Origin: Candidatus Krumholzibacteriota bacterium
GTDB lineage: Bacteria; Krumholzibacteriota; Krumholzibacteriia; JAJRXK01
DNA: 64,000 nt
Direction of reading: 5' to 3'
Assembly (NCBI GenBank): GCA_963727455.1
Contig: CAVSGG010000007.1
Span: forward strand, 32,001-96,000
Part shown: piece after piece, positions 60,641 through 64,000 of the stretch
Layout of the letters: each line of letters begins with the position of its first letter
Numbering within the stretch: the stretch's first letter is position 1
Made by a program: the position numbers and the translations under genes
The notes under the pieces: model-generated
Databases searched by the model: none
What the model was told of the DNA's origin: nothing
The model's input: the letters and a program-made list of their open reading frames with translations, nothing else

Positions 60641-61102
60641 TCAGGCCTCCTTGAGCACGGTCATCATGGCATCGAAGTTCGTGGCCTTCAGCAGCTTCTC
60701 CCGAACCTCGTCGCGCTGGACGAGACCGGTGATCACCCCGAGGGCCTGCAGATAGACGTTCCCCCGGTCCTGCGGAGGCGCCAGGAGCAGAAAGAAGAGC
60801 TTGGTCTTCTTGCCGTCGATGCTGTCGAAGTCGACTCCTTTGGGGCTGCGGGCGACCAGGATGATCAGATCGGAGATGGCGACGGAGCGACCGTGCGGAA
60901 AGGCCACGCCACTGCCCACTGCGGTGGATCCCAGGGCCTCGCGATTCCGCAGCATTTCCAGAATGACCGCGCCATTCTTGACTTTTCCCGACGAAACCAG
61001 GACTTCCGTCAGCTTTTGCAGGACTTCGTCTTTGTTGCGTGCGGAGAGATTTCCGATCCAGAGGGAAGGGTCGACATGCTGCATCAATTGTTCGACGTTC
61101 AT
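60641..61102 (-). CDS. Stand-alone PTS EIIA (Ntr/fructose-type) protein
   Basis: REALGSTAVGSGVAFPHGR, GVDFDSIDGK..KLFFLLLAP. Confidence 0.9.
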   Translation of the reverse strand: MNVEQLMQHVDPSLWIGNLSARNKDEVLQKLTEVLVSSGKVKNGAVILEMLRNREALGSTAVGSGVAFPHGRSVAISDLIILVARSPKGVDFDSIDGKKTKLFFLLLAPPQDRGNVYLQALGVITGLVQRDEVREKLLKATNFDAMMTVLKEA

Positions 61103-61214
61103 CGGTGGGGCCAGGTGGAGTCGTGATGACGGAGCCCGGCGGGAATAGAGGATTTCTCAAGAAGATGGTGAAACAGTAGCAAAAGGGAGTGAGCTAGACA
61201 AGTCCGGGGAACTG

Positions 61215-62258
61215 TTGTTCCCTCGTTCCCATGGGAAGAACCCATCAGGAGGGCCAGTTGGGGCGAGAGTCTCGCGAGGACCTCCACGGGGGTGTGCGAT
61301 CGAAGGTCTCGTCATTCAACACGGCGCCAACCGCTATCTGGTGCAGGCTAACTCCGAGGATGGCGGGGAAACCTGGGCCTGCGCCATTGCGGGCCGCTTG
61401 CTCCGTGGCCGTCAGGTACAGGTGCGGGTCGCCGTCATCGGCGATCGCGTTCGCTTCAGGAAGGAGCCCAGCTCGCAGGGGCTGCACGGCGTCATCCAGG
61501 AAATTCTGCCCCGGGACAACCAAATCTCGCGTCCCGCACCCAGTGGAGGACGTCGCAAGTATCAGGAGCAGGTGGTCATCGCGAACCTGGACCGCCTCTG
61601 GATCATCGCTTCTCTGGCCGAGCCAGCGCTCAATCTGATGTTCGTCGATCGAATCCTCGCGGCCGCCATCCATCAGGCGGTGGACAGTGGCTTGGTACTG
61701 AACAAGGTGGATCTGCCGGAGGCGGCCGATGCCGCCCCGGTCCGCGCGCTCTACGGATCGCTGGGGCTTCCCGTACAGCTCTGCTCGGCTCTCAAGGGTG
61801 AGGGAATCGAGGAGCTGCGCAAGGCTCTGTCCCGCGGGATCGGCGCCTTCGTTGGGCTCAGCGGAGTGGGCAAGTCCAGCCTCATTACGGCGCTGGAGCC
61901 GGGACTGAAGCTGCGCACCTCCCAGGTCGCCGAAAAGAGCGGACAGGGACGCCACACCACCTCGACCAGCCGACTCTTTCCCTTGAGCTGTGGCGGGTAT
62001 TTAGCCGACACCCCCGGCATGCGTGAGTTCGGACTGTGGGGGATGGCGCGGTCCGATCTCGCGACCTGCTTCGTCGAGTTCCGTGCGCACGAAGAAGGCT
62101 GCCGCTTCCGGGACTGTCTCCACGATCACGAACCTAGCTGCGCAGTGCGCGCGGCGGTGGAGAGGGGGGAACTGGATGCGGGTCGCTACCGGCGCTACCT
62201 CGGGCTGCTCGAAGAGCTGCCGACGAGCCTTTCGGATTGGCGCGAGCGCCGCAACTGA
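61215..62258 (+). CDS. rsgA: Ribosome small subunit-dependent GTPase A (start uncertain)
   Basis: IGDRV, ANLD, NKVDL, GLSGVGKSS, GRHTT, DTPG, CRFRDCLH.HEP.C. Confidence 0.93.
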   Translation: MFPRSHGKNPSGGPVGARVSRGPPRGCAIEGLVIQHGANRYLVQANSEDGGETWACAIAGRLLRGRQVQVRVAVIGDRVRFRKEPSSQGLHGVIQEILPRDNQISRPAPSGGRRKYQEQVVIANLDRLWIIASLAEPALNLMFVDRILAAAIHQAVDSGLVLNKVDLPEAADAAPVRALYGSLGLPVQLCSALKGEGIEELRKALSRGIGAFVGLSGVGKSSLITALEPGLKLRTSQVAEKSGQGRHTTSTSRLFPLSCGGYLADTPGMREFGLWGMARSDLATCFVEFRAHEEGCRFRDCLHDHEPSCAVRAAVERGELDAGRYRRYLGLLEELPTSLSDWRERRN

Positions 62259-62261
62259 GGA

Positions 62262-63419
62262 ATGGGACGGGTGAATCGCAAGCGGGACCGCTGGCTCAAG
62301 CGGGGGCTGGAATGGCTCCTGCGGCCCTTCTTCCACCGGCCGCGGCGGAGTCTAAAGGAGATCGTGGCGGAAAAGCCCGGGCGCATCCTGATCGTCCGCC
62401 AGCACAACCAAATGGGTGACATGCTCTGCGCGGTGCCGGCCATTCGCGCCATCGCCGAGACCTTTTCCGGCGCGCGGCTGGCGATCGTGACCGCACCGGT
62501 GAACGACGGCGTGGTGCGGGGCAATCCCTACCTCGAGAAGGTCTTCCTCTTCGACAAGGTGAGCTTGCGGCGCTCTCCCGCGCGAGCCATGCACTTCCTT
62601 CGCTCGCTGCGTGCCTTCGATCCCGATCTCGCGATTGTTCTCAACAGCGTGTCCTACAGCGGGACCTCCTCGTGGATCGCGGTATTGAGCGGCGCGCGGC
62701 GCATCATCGGTGGGGACAGTCGGCCCTTCGGTTGGTCCTTCAGCCAGTGGCTCTACAATCTACAGATGCCCAGCAGTGAGCGGGTGGAGGGGCACGCGAT
62801 CGATCACGGTCTGCGGCCGCTCGCGAGCATCGGAATCACCACGAACGACAGGAGTACCGTGCTCATCCTCTCGCCAGAGGACGAAGAGAGCGCGGCGCGA
62901 TTCCTTGCAACAGTGGGGGACGGGCCCTACTTCGCCGTCCACCCCGGGGCTGGAAAGCGGGCCAACCGATGGCCGGTAGAGCGATTCGCGAGCGTGGTGC
63001 AGGGCCTCTACGAGGCGGGGTGGTCGCCCTGGTGCGTGGAAGGTCCGGCGGATGGGGAGGCCACGTCCCAGCTACAGGCGCTCCTGAGCTTTCCTCTCCC
63101 CGTTCTGGGTGGGGTTTCGGTACGCACGGTGGGAGCGGCCCTGGCCTCCTCCGACCTGGCCCTGGTGAACGACACCGGCATCATGCACGTGGCTGGAGCT
63201 CTGGGGGTGCCCACCCTGGCTCTCTTCGGTCCCACACCGGCGAGTAGCTGGAAGCCTCCGGCGGAGCAGGTGGTGGCCCTACAGAGCCCTGACGGCACCA
63301 TGGAGGGGCTTTCCGAGGATCGAGTGCGGAAGGCGCTGTACGAGCTGCATCCGCTGCTCAGGGCAGCTGGCGGCTCAACTACGATTTCTTCGACGAGTCC
63401 TGATTCATCCCGGCCGTGA
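62262..63419 (+). CDS. Glycosyltransferase family 9 (heptosyltransferase-like)
   Basis: MGDML, HPGAG...RWP, NDTGIMHVAGALGVPTLALFGPT. Confidence 0.92.
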   Translation: MGRVNRKRDRWLKRGLEWLLRPFFHRPRRSLKEIVAEKPGRILIVRQHNQMGDMLCAVPAIRAIAETFSGARLAIVTAPVNDGVVRGNPYLEKVFLFDKVSLRRSPARAMHFLRSLRAFDPDLAIVLNSVSYSGTSSWIAVLSGARRIIGGDSRPFGWSFSQWLYNLQMPSSERVEGHAIDHGLRPLASIGITTNDRSTVLILSPEDEESAARFLATVGDGPYFAVHPGAGKRANRWPVERFASVVQGLYEAGWSPWCVEGPADGEATSQLQALLSFPLPVLGGVSVRTVGAALASSDLALVNDTGIMHVAGALGVPTLALFGPTPASSWKPPAEQVVALQSPDGTMEGLSEDRVRKALYELHPLLRAAGGSTTISSTSPDSSRP

Positions 63420-63999
63420 CCTGCTCCAGGTAGGACTGCGCGCGCTCGTTGCCCGGATCGGCCTCCAGCGCATGCTGCCAGGCCTGTACCGCCTTCTCGG
63501 TCTCTCCCAGCTTGTGGTGCGCGTTGCCGAGATTGGTCCAGGCTGCGCTGACGTCGCAGTGGCGCCCCACCGCTTCCTTGTACATTTGGATGGCGGCTTC
63601 GTAGTTCTCCTGGAGGAAGAGCGCATAGCCCAAGTTGTTGTAGGTCGCGCCCAACTCGGGATCCAACTCGAGCGCCGACTCGAAGGCGTTCTGCGCTTCC
63701 TCATGCCGATTCAGTTCGGTCAGAGTGAGTCCCAGGTTGTTGAACGCCTGGCTGAACTGGACGTTGCGATCGATCGCTTTCTCGAAGAGACCGCGCGCGG
63801 TCTCGAATTCACCCGCGTGGTAGGCGCTCACTCCGGCATTGTTGAGACGGCGCGCCTCCTCCTTGCGCTGGCGTTCCTCTTCGGCCTGCGCGCGCTTTCT
63901 CTGATCCTCGAAGAACTCCGAGATCTCTCCGTGGCTTTTCTCGATGCGCTCACCCATGGAGCTTAGCTCTTTGGTTTCGCTTTCGATCTGGGAGATGCG
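63379..63999 (-). CDS. TPR-repeat protein, 5' truncated by window end
   Basis: Repeated NNLG/TNLG TPR units; frame stays open to the window edge (RISQIESETKELSSMGE...). Confidence 0.88.
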   Translation of the reverse strand, partial: RISQIESETKELSSMGERIEKSHGEISEFFEDQRKRAQAEEERQRKEEARRLNNAGVSAYHAGEFETARGLFEKAIDRNVQFSQAFNNLGLTLTELNRHEEAQNAFESALELDPELGATYNNLGYALFLQENYEAAIQMYKEAVGRHCDVSAAWTNLGNAHHKLGETEKAVQAWQHALEADPGNERAQSYLEQVTAGMNQDSSKKS

Positions 64000-64000
64000 C

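Overview
GC-rich bacterial chromosomal window from a diderm. FlgD-Ig/T9SS-like C-terminal domains, PorV-like barrels and a GldA/F/G-like module suggest an FCB-related uncultured lineage such as Krumholzibacteriota, Latescibacterota or Eisenbacteria (inference only). It opens with the end of the spc/alpha ribosomal cluster (secY-adk-map-infA-rpmJ-rpsM-rpsK-rpsD-rpoA-rplQ). Housekeeping and envelope genes follow: fabH, a Gld-like ABC module, crcB, M23/M28 peptidases, maeB, add, xth, metG, dsbD-like, rlmB, mrp, rsgA and glycosyltransferases. Many genes in the first ~34 kb carry single-base frameshifts, including essential ones, which most likely reflects long-read assembly error. The best candidate for an undescribed system is a tightly coupled five-gene operon at 46.7-57.8 kb. 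It encodes a secreted Ig/OB-fold repeat protein with no catalytic domain, a PorV-like barrel, a ComEA-type helix-hairpin-helix protein fused to an outer-membrane barrel, a FadL-like barrel and a 5'-nucleotidase, which together look like a machine for capturing and salvaging extracellular nucleic acid. Also notable are an RPH-like PEP-utilising enzyme between two peptidases, an internally deleted tricorn-protease relic, and a stand-alone Clp D2 ATPase with an IGF loop. No rRNA, tRNA, CRISPR array or mobile element was recognised. All family assignments are from motif recognition by eye; no searches were run.
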